DNA of 63,948 nt, filler included, from Lama guanicoe (GCA_013239625.1; 80 parts of 78 records of this genome joined end to end with filler, not necessarily neighbours in it); one strand, 5' to 3'; positions 13,450 to 25,915 are shown, counted from the whole stretch's first letter. Numbers and translations are program-made. The notes: generated by a model not told the origin, from the letters alone.

Positions 13450-13717
13450 TCACTGATGTTCACAGAGTGTGAACCTGGAGGAACTCTTATTGTAGGAGGG
13501 GCTTGCTCTTCTCGTGCTGGCTTCGTAGCAGCTCAGGTAGTGATCCTTCAAAATGGTTGCCTGAGTGTAGGGGAGGGAAGTGCAAGTGCTTGATAGCTAG
13601 GCCCAAACCTGGGAAAANNNNNNNNNNNNNNNNNNNNNNNNNNNNNNNNNNNNNNNNNNNNTTAATTAATTAANNNNNNNNNNNNNNNNNNNNNNNNNNN
13701 NNNNNNNNNNNNNNNNN

Positions 13718-14438
13718 TCGTGTTCTTAGTTCTGGGTTCTATATTCACTATTATATATTCTATATTGTTGTTCTTAATTCTATATTCTACATATTGTATT
13801 CTGCATTCCCTATACTATATTCTGTATTCTGTGTTATTAAATATATATTCTAAATTCTATATTCAGTATTCTGTAGACCATATTCTAAATTCTGTCTTCT
13901 GCATTCCATGTTCTATATTCTAGGATCTATATTCTGTTTTCCATATTCTAAATTCTGTGTTCTAGATTCTATAATCTTTATTCTATATTCTGCATTCCGT
14001 ATTCTATATTCTATATTCTGTGTTATACATTCTATTTCTAAATTCTATATTCAATTCTGTATTATATATTCTAATTTCTGTGTTCTATTATAAATCCTTC
14101 AGTATTCTGCATTCTATATTCTAAATTCTGTGTTCTGCATTATATATTCTAAATTCTATAGCCTGTATTCTGTATACTATATTATAAAATCTGTGTTCTG
14201 AGTTCCATGTTCTAAATTTTGGGTTCCATATACTCTATGCAATATTCTATATTCTGTGTTCTAAATTCTATATTCTGTATCCTATATTATGCATTCCGTA
14301 TTCTATATTCTATTTTGTGTGTTCTACATTCTATATTCTAATTTGTATGTTCCGTATTCTGTATTCTATATTCTATACTCTGTGTTCTTCATTCTATATT
14401 CGTAATTATATATTCAGTATTCTGTATTTTATATTCTA
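13718..14438 (-). repeat. 7-bp GAATATA-type satellite
   Basis: TATTCTA heptamer array. Confidence 0.95.
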
Positions 14439-14538
14439 NNNNNNNNNNNNNNNNNNNNNNNNNNNNNNNNNNNNNNNNNNNNTTAATTAATTAANNNNNN
14501 NNNNNNNNNNNNNNNNNNNNNNNNNNNNNNNNNNNNNN

Positions 14539-15005
14539 AATACATATTGCAAAGATTTATCACAAAGGCACTTCTGCTCCTGTTTTTGTTCAGAGACTGT
14601 ACAGTTTCAAGTTTTACATTTAGGGAATTAATCCATTTCTATTTTATTTTGTATTCTATGGAAAGAAGGGCTCTTCCATTTACATTTTACATGTAATTTC
14701 CAGTTTTCCCAAAACTAGTTGTTGAAGAGACTGCTTTTTTTTCCATTGTATACTCTTGCCTCCTTCATTGTAGACTAATTGACCATATATGTGTGTGTTT
14801 ATTTTAGGGCTCTTTATTTTGTTCCATTGATCTATGTGACTCTATTAGTGACATATTTTGATGTTTTGATTACTGTAGCTTTGTAGTATGTTCTAAAGTC
14901 AGGGAGGATAATACTCACAGCTTTGTTCATTTTTCAAGGATAATTTTTGAAAATTTGTGCCTTTCAGAATTTAGTGTAAATTTTATTATTTTTCTCCTTG
15001 TTTTG
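14539..15005 (-). mobile_element. LINE-1 ORF2 fragment (post-RT), degraded
   Basis: TTTTGATTACTGTAGCTTTGTAGTA is the reverse complement of YYKATVIK. Confidence 0.9.
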
Positions 15006-15500
15006 NNNNNNNNNNNNNNNNNNNNNNNNNNNNNNNNNNNNNNNNNNNNNNNNNNNNNNNNNNNNNNNNNNNNNNNNNNNNNNNNNNNNNNNNNNNNNNN
15101 NNNNNNNNNNNNNNNNNNNNNNNNNNNNNNNNNNNNNNNNNNNNNNNNNNNNNNNNNNNNNNNNNNNNNNNNNNNNNNNNNNNNNNNNNNNNNNNNNNNN
15201 NNNNNNNNNNNNNNNNNNNNNNNNNNNNNNNNNNNNNNNNNNNNNNNNNNNNNNNNNNNNNNNNNNNNNNNNNNNNNNNNNNNNNNNNNNNNNNNNNNNN
15301 NNNNNNNNNNNNNNNNNNNNNNNNNNNNNNNNNNNNNNNNNNNNNNNNNNNNNNNNNNNNNNNNNNNNNNNNNNNNNNNNNNNNNNNNNNNNNNNNNNNN
15401 NNNNNNNNNNNNNNNNNNNNNNNNNNNNNNNNNNNNNNNNNNNNNNNNNNNNNNNNNNNNNNNNNNNNNNNNNNNNNNNNNNNNNNNNNNNNNNNNNNNN

Positions 15501-15599
15501 NATGAGAAGTTTTATGCCAACGGAAAAGAAAGCATCATAAGATGATACAGCAAATTATATGCCAATTAAAATGGAATCCCTAGAAGAAATGGACAATTT
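15501..15599 (+). mobile_element. LINE-1 ORF2 fragment (pre-RT)
   Basis: Encodes remnants of IIR..QLYAN..LEEMD. Confidence 0.7.
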
Positions 15600-16490
15600 N
15601 NNNNNNNNNNNNNNNNNNNNNNNNNNNNNNNNNNNNNNNNNNNTTAATTAATTAANNNNNNNNNNNNNNNNNNNNNNNNNNNNNNNNNNNNNNNNNNNNC
15701 AGTGTTAGAAATCAGTGAGCTGGGATTTTATAAAAGAGCTAGAAGCGGCCTCTGGAGCACCNNNNNNNNNNNNNNNNNNNNNNNNNNNNNNNNNNNNNNN
15801 NNNNNTTAATTAATTAANNNNNNNNNNNNNNNNNNNNNNNNNNNNNNNNNNNNNNNNNNNNGCCGACAGCCCAGTCAGGGTGGCCCATGCCCTGGGAGGG
15901 ACCTGGAGATTGATCTGCCTTTCTCCTGCAGTGACGCAAGGAACAAACAGAGGAATGGACGCTTTCATCTTACCAAGTGGAGCATCCGGTACTGGTGAGC
16001 GAGGCTGCACAGGGCCCAAGGGGGGCCCAGGTGCTGGTGGCAACACGGGCCGGTCCNNNNNNNNNNNNNNNNNNNNNNNNNNNNNNNNNNNNNNNNNNNN
16101 NNNNNNNNNNNNNNNNNNNNNNNAAGCCGAAACCCAACGCATCAGCTGTCGGCACCGGGCACCCTCCCCACACCCCGCCGGGTGCCCACCCAGCAGCACA
16201 GTGCCCCACGCTCCACCCAGCCCTCTGGGGCCTGCAGCCGGCAGCCCGGGCCGCGCAGCAGGACATGGGGGGACAACAATGGCGCCACACGACGTCACGG
16301 GTGTCTCCAAGTGGACGAAGCCAAGGGTCCTGCCTGCGAGTATGCACAAAGAGCTTCCAGCACTCTGACAAAAGCAGCGCCTTCACAACANNNNNNNNNN
16401 NNNNNNNNNNNNNNNNNNNNNNNNNNNNNNNNNNTTAATTAATTAANNNNNNNNNNNNNNNNNNNNNNNNNNNNNNNNNNNNNNNNNNNN

Positions 16491-16546
16491 AAGAACTAGA
16501 ATTTAGAACATGGAATGCAGAACACAGAATTTAGAATATTCAATAC
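16491..16546 (+). repeat. 7-bp satellite fragment
   Basis: AGAATTTAGAACATGGAATGCAGAACAC motif. Confidence 0.9.
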
Positions 16547-16646
16547 NNNNNNNNNNNNNNNNNNNNNNNNNNNNNNNNNNNNNNNNNNNNTTAATTAATT
16601 AANNNNNNNNNNNNNNNNNNNNNNNNNNNNNNNNNNNNNNNNNNNN

Positions 16647-17169
16647 TCTAAATTCTGTGTTCTAAATTCTATGTTCTAAATTCTGGGTTCTATATACTCT
16701 ATTCGATTTTCTATATTCTGTGTTCAACATTCGATATTCTAAATAGTATATTCAGCATTCTGTGTTCTATACTCTGAATTCTGTGTTCTACATTCTATAT
16801 TCTAAATTCTATATTCAGTACTATGTATTCTATATTCTAAACTCTGTGTTCTGCATTCCATATTCTAAGTTCTCGGTTCTGTATTCTGTTTTCCATATTC
16901 TACATTCAGTGTTCTACATTCTATATTCTGTATTCTATATTTTGTATTCCATCCATATACTACATTGGGTATTCTGTGTTCTATATTCTATATTCAAAAT
17001 TTTTTATTTAGTATTCTGTATTCTATATTCTAAACTCTGTGTTGTGCATTCCATGTCCATATTCTCGTTTCTGTTTTCTGTATTCCATATTCTACATTCT
17101 GTGTTCTACATTCTATATTCTGTGTCTTACGTTCTATAATCTAAATTCTATATTCAGTATTCTGTATTC
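16647..17169 (-). repeat. 7-bp GAATATA-type satellite
   Basis: Heptamer array. Confidence 0.95.
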
Positions 17170-17269
17170 NNNNNNNNNNNNNNNNNNNNNNNNNNNNNNN
17201 NNNNNNNNNNNNNTTAATTAATTAANNNNNNNNNNNNNNNNNNNNNNNNNNNNNNNNNNNNNNNNNNNN

Positions 17270-17987
17270 GGGAGCTCGAGAGAAAACTCCACGCAGCTCT
17301 CTTCAGTCACAGGATTTCTCTGCTCGGGGAAGTACGAGAAATACTTTCCCTGACCTTGGGGAGGCAGCCCCTGTCACTGGGATTTCCTGCAACCCCCCAT
17401 AGAATTCCCTGGCATAGAGAAATGAGGAAAACACTCAGGGGAGACGAGCACAAGCATTCCATTAGAACCCACCTGCTGCCGACCGTTGGTGGAACCTCCC
17501 CACGCTCAGGATTCCGGAACCATTGTCATTGAGTGGGGGAGCTCGAGAGACAACTCCACGCAGCTCTCTTCAGTCACAGGTGTTCCCTGCTCGGGGAAGT
17601 CCGAGAAATATCTTCCCAGGCCTTGGTGAGGCAGGCTCTGTCACTGGGATTTCCTGCAACCCCCCATAGAATTCCCTGGCATAGAGAAATGAGGAAAACA
17701 CTCAGGGGAGACGAGCACAAGCATTCCATTAGAACCCACCTGCTGCCGACCGTTGGTGGAACCTCCCCACGCTCAGGATTCCGGAAACATTGTCATTGAG
17801 TTGGGGAGCTNNNNNNNNNNNNNNNNNNNNNNNNNNNNNNNNNNNNNNNNNNNNNNNNNNNNNNNNNNNNNNNNNNNNNNNNNNNNNNNNNNNNNNNNNN
17901 NNNNNTCTGTCACTGGGATTCCCTGCAACCCCCCTTAACATTCCCTGGAACAGAGACATGAGGAAAACCCTCAGGGGAGACGAGCAC
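17270..17987 (+). repeat. ~267-bp satellite (family A), highly similar adjacent monomers
   Basis: ACGCAGCTCTCTTCAGTCACAGG at 17291 and 17558 (period 267). Confidence 0.95.
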
Positions 17988-18087
17988 NNNNNNNNNNNNN
18001 NNNNNNNNNNNNNNNNNNNNNNNNNNNNNNNTTAATTAATTAANNNNNNNNNNNNNNNNNNNNNNNNNNNNNNNNNNNNNNNNNNNN

Positions 18088-18551
18088 ATTATTTTATTAT
18101 TTTTTATGGCTTAGTAGTATTCCATTGTATATATATCTCACAAGTTTTTTATCCAGTCATCTGCTGATAGACATTTAGGTTGTTTCCATGTCTTGGCTAT
18201 TGTAAATAGTGCTGCTATGAACATGGGTGTGCATGTACCTTTTTGAATTAGAGTTTCCTCTGGATATTTGCCCAGCAGTGGGATTGCTGGATCATAAGGT
18301 AAGTCTGTTTTAAGTTTCTTGAGAAATCTTCATACGGTTTTCCGTAACGGCTGCACTTAACTACATTCCATCAATAGTTTAGGAGAGTTCCCCTTCCTCC
18401 ACAGCCTCTCCAGCATTTATTTGTGGACTTTTGAACAATAGCCATTCTGACTGGTTGTGAGGTGATACCTCATGGTAGTTTTGATTCGCATTTCTCTGAT
18501 ACTTAGCTATAATGAGCATTTTTTTCATGTGCCTTATTGGCCATTTGTATG
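18088..18551 (-). mobile_element. LINE-1 ORF2 C-terminal fragment
   Basis: Reverse complement of the L1 cysteine-rich region (DPAIPLLG.YP, FIAALFTIAKTWKQPKC). Confidence 0.92.
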
Positions 18552-19447
18552 NNNNNNNNNNNNNNNNNNNNNNNNNNNNNNNNNNNNNNNNNNNNTTAAT
18601 TAATTAANNNNNNNNNNNNNNNNNNNNNNNNNNNNNNNNNNNNNNNNNNNNCACCAGCACGGCTCAGGCCCTCTCCCCTGCCTGATAGCCACCATGCCAA
18701 CTTAGGACATCAGAAACACTGCCAGGAGCATCCGAATGAGCTCCTTATGCAGGGAAAGGCATGTCACGGAGAATGGGACAGAGCAGGGAAAAATTCGTCC
18801 TCACTTTGTCCCTGTGATTATGTCAAAGGCCCCACTCTGCCTTGGAAGGGCAGACGAGCTCTTCTGGGCTGCCTACCCCCTCACCCTCTACTGTGTTTCC
18901 CTGTGTATCTTTCAAGCTGTCCCTCGGGCAGAAGAGGGTGAGATGTCTAGAGAGGTGGTCCCCCTTTACTGGGGAGATTGAGGGGAGCTGTGTCCCCCCC
19001 CGGCCTGCGGCCTCGGGCCTTGAGTCTCGAGAGCGCTCATGGCGGTCCCACAGGTGACGGTTGGAGGACATGAAACGTGCTGCCGGGCCCGCTGTGCAGG
19101 AGGGGCTCTGTGATTGTCTGTGATTCTAAGGTCAGATTCTCCTTTCTTGTTGGTAAGATGGAGGAGAAGATGCCAGAGAATTGATGAAAAGAAAATCCAC
19201 ACCAGTCCTGTGAATGACAGACAAAGGGGATCCGTNNNNNNNNNNNNNNNNNNNNNNNNNNNNNNNNNNNNNNNNNNNNTTAATTAATTAANNNNNNNNN
19301 NNNNNNNNNNNNNNNNNNNNNNNNNNNNNNNNNNNGTAATCCAGATATATTCTTGTAAGGCAAGGATTTTTTTTTTAATTGAAGCATAGTCAAGTTCACA
19401 ATGTTGTGTCAATTGCAAGGTGTTTTTCCAGTTTTGAATTAAAAAAT

Positions 19448-19574
19448 ATTTTTTCAGCTGGGTAATTAGGTGTATTTATTTGTGTCATTTTTTAAAATGA
19501 GGTACTGTGGTTTGAACCCAGGACGTCGTACATGCTAAGCATGTGCTCTACCACTGAACTGTACCCTCTTCCCC
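19448..19574 (-). mobile_element. tRNA-Ala-derived SINE (camelid Vic-1 type)
   Basis: Reverse complement reads GGGGAAGAGGGTACAGTTCAGTGGTAGAGCACATGCTTAGCATGTACGACGTCCTGGGTTCAAA..CAGTACCTC with tail AAATAAATACACCTAATTACC. Confidence 0.85.
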
Positions 19575-19699
19575 AAGGCAAGTTTTCTTATCCATTATTA
19601 TGAAGCTTAGGAGTTCAAATAAATTGGATAGAAATCCAGATCTTTTGATCCTACTGTGTTCCTTTTCTTTATATTCTGCTGAAGGGGGTTGGGGAAAGA

Positions 19700-19800
19700 T
19701 TTGTTCATTTCTTTATTCAGCATTTTTGAGCAGTGACTTTGCATCAGGGCCTTGCTAGGTGCTTGGAAATACAAAATAAGAAATGACCGTTCTCTGCAGA
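19700..19800 (-). mobile_element. L2 3' fragment
   Basis: TTCATTTCTTTATTCAGCATTTTTGAGCA...GCTAGGTGCTTGG, typical antisense L2 tail. Confidence 0.45.
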
Positions 19801-20912
19801 AGCAGGAAGCCTAGACCAAAATCTGGGAAATATGATCCGAACTACAGTAGCCATGTGCAGACTCTGAGGACAAACAGTACCCCCGGATTTGCTTTGGCTT
19901 CCCTTGCCTTCTGNNNNNNNNNNNNNNNNNNNNNNNNNNNNNNNNNNNNNNNNNNNNTTAATTAATTAANNNNNNNNNNNNNNNNNNNNNNNNNNNNNNN
20001 NNNNNNNNNNNNNAGATTCCACAGCTTCAGCGCCTGTGAATAACCAGCTGGGAGAAAGCTCTTTAGGGCCTCTGAAGTGGGAAAGGCAGCCCCTCTGAGC
20101 ACCTGTTGTTGTGTATTCTTCTTGCCTCCACATGGGTTCGCTAGGCAAGGTGCAGGACGATGCAGTTAACCGAGGTGGAGGACGGAGGACGGGGAGACCC
20201 CTGCTGTGTGGTGAGCCACAGGAGCCCACACTTGAAGGACAAAATGTAGAGTAGTGGGGAGGTCATAGGAACAGAGGATGGTTGAGACCCAGGATAGTGT
20301 CCTGGAGTCCAGCAGCCAAGGCTGGTGGGGCAGATGGGGTCCTGGGGCATGGGCAGCACTTGAAGATCTGAAGCAAAGATAGGAACCAAGAGACTGGATT
20401 CATGTGGGGGTACGGCGCCCCTTGGAGGCTGCAGGGCAGCACAGCGAGCCCNNNNNNNNNNNNNNNNNNNNNNNNNNNNNNNNNNNNNNNNNNNNTTAAT
20501 TAATTAANNNNNNNNNNNNNNNNNNNNNNNNNNNNNNNNNNNNNNNNNNNNGGAAGCCATCACACAGCACGCATGGAGCACCTTCATCACCGTGGGGACC
20601 TCTACTGCACAGCACTGTTCCTGACTACGTGATTTCAAACCATGAATTTCTGAGTCTTGTTTCATGGTCTAACAGATAGTCTATGGTTCAGTTTTTCATG
20701 CAAAATTAAAAAGCTTAAGGGGAAAAGGAGGATAAGAAGGGGCAGGAGAGCAACCCAGTTCCAAGGGATGTAGAGATTCAAGGGAGTTATTTCCGCCCAA
20801 CCCTTGTGAGATGAAGGCTCTGATACTTTGCTTTTACAGGGAATCAGGGAGCTGCGCTGATGTGGATGCTTCAACAACCTGGTCCTGAAGTAAGCCCCAG
20901 CTTTGAGCCCTT

Positions 20913-21000
20913 ATAATAATAATACTACTTAATGACACTTGCTGAGTGATTACTATGTGCCAGCCACTGTCCTGACTTGTATTCACTGACTATGACTAAT
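20913..21000 (-). mobile_element. MIR fragment
   Basis: ATAATAATA...CACTTGCTGAGTGATTACTATGTGCCAG.CACTGT. Confidence 0.5.
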
Positions 21001-21470
21001 TGNNNNNNNNNNNNNNNNNNNNNNNNNNNNNNNNNNNNNNNNNNNNTTAATTAATTAANNNNNNNNNNNNNNNNNNNNNNNNNNNNNNNNNNNNNNNNNN
21101 NNGGCTACACCTAAGCACTTACCATGATTTCTCTGTATGTTTACTTGAGTAGATTTAAAGTTAAAAGCATTTATCGCTCAGAAACCTAGTTAGAGCTTAT
21201 TCCTGCTGTTATATATATCGGTCGGGCAGAGCCCCAACACCATAGTTCTGTGTTTCCAGCAGTGTTGGTGAAGGATTGCTTCCACACACATTCGGTTTTC
21301 TCTCCTCCTCACTCTTCTGCCTAGACATCAATGCAGGTTGTGTATTGTGGAAGCCAAGGAAATTTTTTTCNNNNNNNNNNNNNNNNNNNNNNNNNNNNNN
21401 NNNNNNNNNNNNNNTTAATTAATTAANNNNNNNNNNNNNNNNNNNNNNNNNNNNNNNNNNNNNNNNNNNN

Positions 21471-22416
21471 ACTCCTTAAAGGTCAAATAGTCTCGGCTGA
21501 AATCGATAGGAATGGAATAATTAGCTCATACCTAGAAACGATGGCCTCCCGCTAGATTCAGCAAATGTGGTGTTTATGTCTTCCCTGGGGTGAAGGGAGT
21601 GTGGTAAGTGAGGGGAATCTTTGACTGAACTTGAATCTGTATTAGGCCTCAGTTTTCAAGACAGTATATATAAATAGTACAAGTCAGAAAGTGAACTGTA
21701 CAGTAAAATCGCCAATGACATTAAAGACACAGCTTCTGTGGATCGTCTTTCAATTGAGTCAAGCCCCCGGGGGCACTATATCATGGGGGTGCAGACTTGG
21801 TTGCGTTAAATGGCTTTACCCAACATGATCGGATGATTAAGCGTTCTCATCACTGATAGAATAACACCTGGTTCTCAATAGACTAGCATAACTGCAGCAG
21901 GGTTCTCCTAGCTATAATGCCTCTAGGTGCTTTTGGATTCAAACCTAAATGTATATATTTGGTTTCTTTCCTCTTGTGTTTTCCCAGAGAGGGATGTTAC
22001 CCCTTGAAATGCCAACATTGGCCAGTAGGTGTCATTGGGATTAAAGGGCACCACTTGCACAAGTTTATCCAAGGTTGGGGGTTATTTCATGTTTCCAAAA
22101 GTTATTTCATGGTTCCNNNNNNNNNNNNNNNNNNNNNNNNNNNNNNNNNNNNNNNNNNNNNNNNNNNNNNNNNNNNNNNNNNNNNNNNNNNNNNNNNNNT
22201 TTTCTGTAGAGCTGACAAAATGTTACCAAAATTGACAAGTCTGGCTTCTAGGTCGATTTAGTGTGTTTCAAAAAATAACTTCATTTTCGTATAACTCCCA
22301 AAACATGCAAATGAATTCTGTTAACTTCTTAACTACTGCCAATGAGATATCAACACAATGTCAAATCAGATGTCTTCGGACAATCCCTCCCACCACGGCT
22401 GTATAGAAACAAAGAG
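21471..22416 (-). repeat. Unidentified duplicated sequence, paralog of 12501-13449
   Basis: Shared blocks such as GAGACTATTTGACCTTTAAGG, TTCAAGTTCAGTCAAAGATTCCCCTCACTTACCACACTCC and CTCTTTGTTTCTATACAGCCGTGGTGGGAGGGATTGTCCGAA. Confidence 0.85.
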
Positions 22417-22516
22417 NNNNNNNNNNNNNNNNNNNNNNNNNNNNNNNNNNNNNNNNNNNNTTAATTAATTAANNNNNNNNNNNNNNNNNNNNNNNNNNNN
22501 NNNNNNNNNNNNNNNN

Positions 22517-22739
22517 TAAGAACAAAGGATTCTAAGAATAAGGAATTTCTACACTAAGAAGTTTGTAACAACCAAGCAAGTAGGAAAGGAGCCTGAATTG
22601 TGACTTGGGGAGATGGTTTTCCAGGACATTGGTTTGCCAACTAGGTCTACAGAAACTTGCAAATCCATGCCCAAACATCTTGTTTCCAAACTTATTGGCC
22701 TGTCCTGCACTGAAGAGAATGAATTTGTACTTGGTAACA
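22517..22739 (+). mobile_element. ERV1-class LTR 3' part (MER41-like)
   Basis: Ends TATTGGCCTGTC...TTGGTAACA, an LTR CA terminus resembling recalled artiodactyl MER41-like LTRs. Confidence 0.45.
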
Positions 22740-22781
22740 CTCCACTCCTATCTACCTAGAAAGCTGGGCACTGGAGCTGAG

Positions 22782-22940
22782 TGTTATGGAAACAGGCCAG
22801 CCAAGAAACAAGCACCAATCTGAGTGCAGTAGTACTCAGAATTATTACGCCAGTGGGCTCAGAGGGGCTCCTGCTCCGAAATTCTGAGCAACTTCAAGAC
22901 GTGCACATGAGGTTTTAAAGGCTTAAATACAAGTAAGGGG
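22782..22940 (-). mobile_element. Second LTR 3' end in opposite orientation
   Basis: Begins TGTTATGGAAA, the reverse complement of an LTR ...TAACA terminus. Confidence 0.35.
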
Positions 22941-23040
22941 NNNNNNNNNNNNNNNNNNNNNNNNNNNNNNNNNNNNNNNNNNNNTTAATTAATTAANNNN
23001 NNNNNNNNNNNNNNNNNNNNNNNNNNNNNNNNNNNNNNNN

Positions 23041-23493
23041 GGAGGGGCAGTGACCCGCCCGCCCGCAGCAGAGAGCTGCATCTGACCCCGTGTTAGGAGG
23101 AGGTGCGATCTGCTTACCGACAGGTGCTGGGAGCAGCACAGAAGAGGGCGCCAACGGAGGGCCTATGAAAACAAGCTGAGCTTCCAAAACAGGACGAAGA
23201 CAGGAGAACATCACATTAAAAGCACACACACTCCAGGAGAACACCGACAACCCCCTTTTTTTTTTTTNNNNNNNNNNNNNNNNNNNNNNNNNNNNNNNNN
23301 NNNNNNNNNNNNNNNNNNNNNNNNNNNNNNNNNNNNNNNNNNNNNNNNNNNNNNNNNNNNNNNNNNNNNNNNNNNNNNNNNNNNNNNNNNNNNNNNNNNN
23401 NNNNNNNNNNNNNNNNNNTTTTTTTTTCTTTTCTTTTCTTTTCGTTTAAAAAGGTTTTAAAAGGACGTCTCCACCCGATTAATACTCTGCTTC
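23041..23493 (+). mobile_element. Probable LINE-1 5'UTR segment
   Basis: GC-rich stretch followed by T-rich tracts as in artiodactyl L1 5'UTRs; recognised from memory only. Confidence 0.35.
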
Positions 23494-23593
23494 NNNNNNN
23501 NNNNNNNNNNNNNNNNNNNNNNNNNNNNNNNNNNNNNTTAATTAATTAANNNNNNNNNNNNNNNNNNNNNNNNNNNNNNNNNNNNNNNNNNNN

Positions 23594-24081
23594 TAAGAGT
23601 TTTTATCATAAATGGGTGTTGAATTTTATCAAATGCTTTTCCAGTACCTATTGAGATGATCATGTGGTTTTTGTCCTGTCTGTTGTTGATGTGGTGTATT
23701 ATATTGATGAATTTGCTTATGTTGAGCCATCCTTGAGTTCCTGGGATGAGTCCAACTTGCTCATGGTGTATGATCTTTTTTATGGGCTGTTAGATTCTGT
23801 TTGCTAATATTTTGTTGAGGATTTTTGCATCTATGTTCATTGATATTGGTCTGTGATTTCTTTTTTGATAGTTTCTTTGCCTGGTTTTGATATCAGGGTG
23901 ATGGTGGCTTCATAGAATGAGTTTGTAGAAACTCATAGAAAAAGTACTCTCTGTTTTTCTGGAAGAGTTCGAGAATGACTGATATGAGTTCTTCTTTGTA
24001 TGTTTGGTAGAATTCCCCAGTGAAGCCATCTGGTCTGGACTTTATTTGTAAGGAGGTTTTTTATTGCTAATTCGATTTCAT
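23594..24081 (-). mobile_element. LINE-1 ORF2 fragment (pre-RT / RT start)
   Basis: Reverse complement encodes [14 protein letters not shown] and [22 protein letters not shown]. Confidence 0.93.
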
Positions 24082-24558
24082 TCAGGCCCTGCTGGCTCCC
24101 GGAGCTAGGAAGTCTGGAGGTGTCCCCTCAAGAACAGTCACAAACAACAGGGCTTCAGATAAGTGTAAAAACTCCTTTCTGGGAAATGTCAGTGAGCTGT
24201 AGCAAGGCAGACTGAGAGTGTAATGATGGCACCCCCAGCCTACCTTCCCTGAGAGAACCTCGGTAGCCTCCTGATGTGTGCCAAACCTGAAAAACCTGAA
24301 GCCTGCCTCCAAGTCCAAAACGCTAAGGCTAGAAAGTAGGCCTTTTTTTCACATAAAGGCTGGGGGTGTGTCTCAGTCTAATGTGCAGTGCCTTGAAAGT
24401 AGTAGCCTGCCAATAAGTGTCTCTCCAACTGTTACAGTCCTATGGGAGTGAGACATGCGGTCGGTCCTGGCCTCCAGAGCCAGTTGATCTAGGAGCAGCC
24501 CCTGAGTGGAGCCATGAAAACTGGGTCACCAGTGTGTAGACATTCCCTGCTTGGAGAT
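24082..24558 (-). mobile_element. Probable LINE-1 5'UTR segment fused to the ORF2 fragment
   Basis: GCCCTGCTGGCTCCCGGAGCTAG...GTGTAAAAACTCCTTTCTGGGA motifs resemble the antisense L1M 5'UTR. Confidence 0.45.
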
Positions 24559-25915
24559 NNNNNNNNNNNNNNNNNNNNNNNNNNNNNNNNNNNNNNNNNN
24601 NNTTAATTAATTAANNNNNNNNNNNNNNNNNNNNNNNNNNNNNNNNNNNNNNNNNNNNTTTAAAATCCCTTCATCTAATCCAGACATTTCAAGAGCAAAG
24701 AAGTAGCGCAACCACAGACAGTAATAGCTTTTCACCAAACGGACTCGAACAGCCCATCATACTACCTGGAAGCCCTTTTCTTCTATTAAACCCACTTCCA
24801 GGTACTTCAATATTTTCTGATTGGTGAACGTGGCCTCTGACTGGCTTACTCAGAGAGCTCCCAGCCTCACATCCGGGGGTGGGAGAGGACCCTACTGTTG
24901 GGGGAAATCAGTGCGGATGGTGGAAATCCTCCGCCAGGTCTGCATGGGTAGAAGTGCCACACGTACTCAGAAATTATACCGTCAGCACCCCTGGGCTCCC
25001 ATTGACTGGTTTCCCATTAACCAAACTCATGACACACTGATGAAAGGAAACCAGAAACTTAACTTCTTAATGTAACAGAAGATGTGAAACTATGAACCAG
25101 ACTGAAGTATCAGAGTTCAACCATGAGTACATTTTNNNNNNNNNNNNNNNNNNNNNNNNNNNNNNNNNNNNNNNNNNNNNNNNNNNNNNNNNNNNTACCT
25201 CAATGAATTTCTGTTATAAGAACAGATATACTGCCTGGAAAACAATTAACGCCAATCACGGTGCACGCTCCGTGGACAGTGGCCGAGACACGACTATGAG
25301 AACCTGTGTAGCTCTCCTTTCCCTGTCCTTTCTGGGCTAACTGATGCACAGAGATACAGAGATTCAGTGATGCAGATACATCTAAACACCCAAAGCCCAT
25401 GTCTGGGAGCCTGAAAACCAGATAGCCAGGGTTTAAATACCAGCTGTGCCNNNNNNNNNNNNNNNNNNNNNNNNNNNNNNNNNNNNNNNNNNNNTTAATT
25501 AATTAANNNNNNNNNNNNNNNNNNNNNNNNNNNNNNNNNNNNNNNNNNNNATTATTTATACTCTGTTCTCAAATCTGTTATAAATTTGTGGACAAATGAG
25601 TGGAGATTGGTTTTATTTTATAGACCCAAATATTTAATTGTTTAAAAAGATTTTATGGGGAAAATATTTGCAAATCACACTATAAAAATAAGTATCCAAT
25701 ATGTTTCATTTTAACTGGATGAATGAGAAATAAACACTGGCTGAACGTTGCACTTGAGTTGCTGGGAGACATTTGTGATGTCACAGCTACTCAAGTTGAG
25801 AAACATTGTGAAGGTCCAGCAATTTATCTGTGCAGGCCTGCCAAAGCAGCATTTTAAGTTGCATTGCACAAAATCATGCAGATTAGAAAAGTAGATGTAG
25901 AAAAAGTTATTTGAG

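Noticed and set aside
15862..16390. Overlapping GC-rich ORFs
   Set aside because: Expected by chance at high GC and across N gaps; no recognisable protein.
9388..19574. tRNA-Ala genes at 9388 and 19500
   Set aside because: Degenerate stems and SINE-type A-rich tails indicate SINE copies.
21790..21855. Box C-like GTGATGA on the minus strand (possible snoRNA)
   Set aside because: No well-placed box D or terminal stem, and no match to a snoRNA I recognise.
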